Origin: Octopus sinensis
Taxonomy: Eukaryota
Direction of reading: 5' to 3'
DNA length: 64,000 nt
NCBI RefSeq assembly: GCF_006345805.1
Contig: NC_042999.1
Span: 98,766,001 to 98,830,000, forward strand
Shown here: one piece after another, positions 63,786 through 64,000 of the stretch
How the letters are laid out: each line of letters starts with the position of its first letter
Numbering within the stretch: position 1 is the stretch's first letter
Translations under genes and position numbers: made by a program
Notes under the pieces: model-generated
Told to the model about the DNA's origin: nothing
Database searches by the model: none
What the model saw: only the letters and a program-made list of their open reading frames with translations

Positions 63786-64000
63786 TTGTGCTAATGAAGA
63801 TGTTTTGAGAAATGCATCATTAATTACACTAATGTTAAGTCTCCTCTGATAATATCTGAATCAGCAATACCCATCTCACAGAACAGCCATTCAAGAAATT
63901 TTCTTGCATGTGTTCATATGACTTTTATAGATTTCAAATTTAGTAACTTTTACTGGACAATACCACTTCTTTAGACTTGCACAATTTCTTTATATTTTTG

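Overview
AT-rich eukaryotic DNA dominated by microsatellites and transposon relics. The tRNA-headed SINE families, RTE LINE fragments and DD37D mariners suggest an octopus (cephalopod) genome; this is inference from repeat content. No full-length gene is present, and nearly all supplied ORFs are microsatellite artefacts or pieces of transposon genes. Supported content: (i) at least five recurrent SINE-like families, labelled A-E here, several with clear 11-17 bp target-site duplications (TSDs); (ii) seven RTE-clade LINE fragments (RT, thumb and AP-endonuclease pieces), one CR1-group 3' end and one Penelope-like endonuclease fragment; (iii) mariner/maT, Tigger-like, piggyBac-like and hAT-like MITEs plus a Helitron 3' end; (iv) a tentative chain of short plus-strand coding exons of an unidentified host gene; (v) a CpG-rich promoter-like island at 47.6 kb; (vi) very long TA tracts. 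The most notable signal is a set of hammerhead-ribozyme motifs in Penelope-type termini. One on the minus strand at 14559-14649 has an intact catalytic core. Another sits in a tRNA-headed element with a Penelope-like tail arranged as an inverted repeat at 63.4-63.8 kb. All alignments and folds were done by eye.
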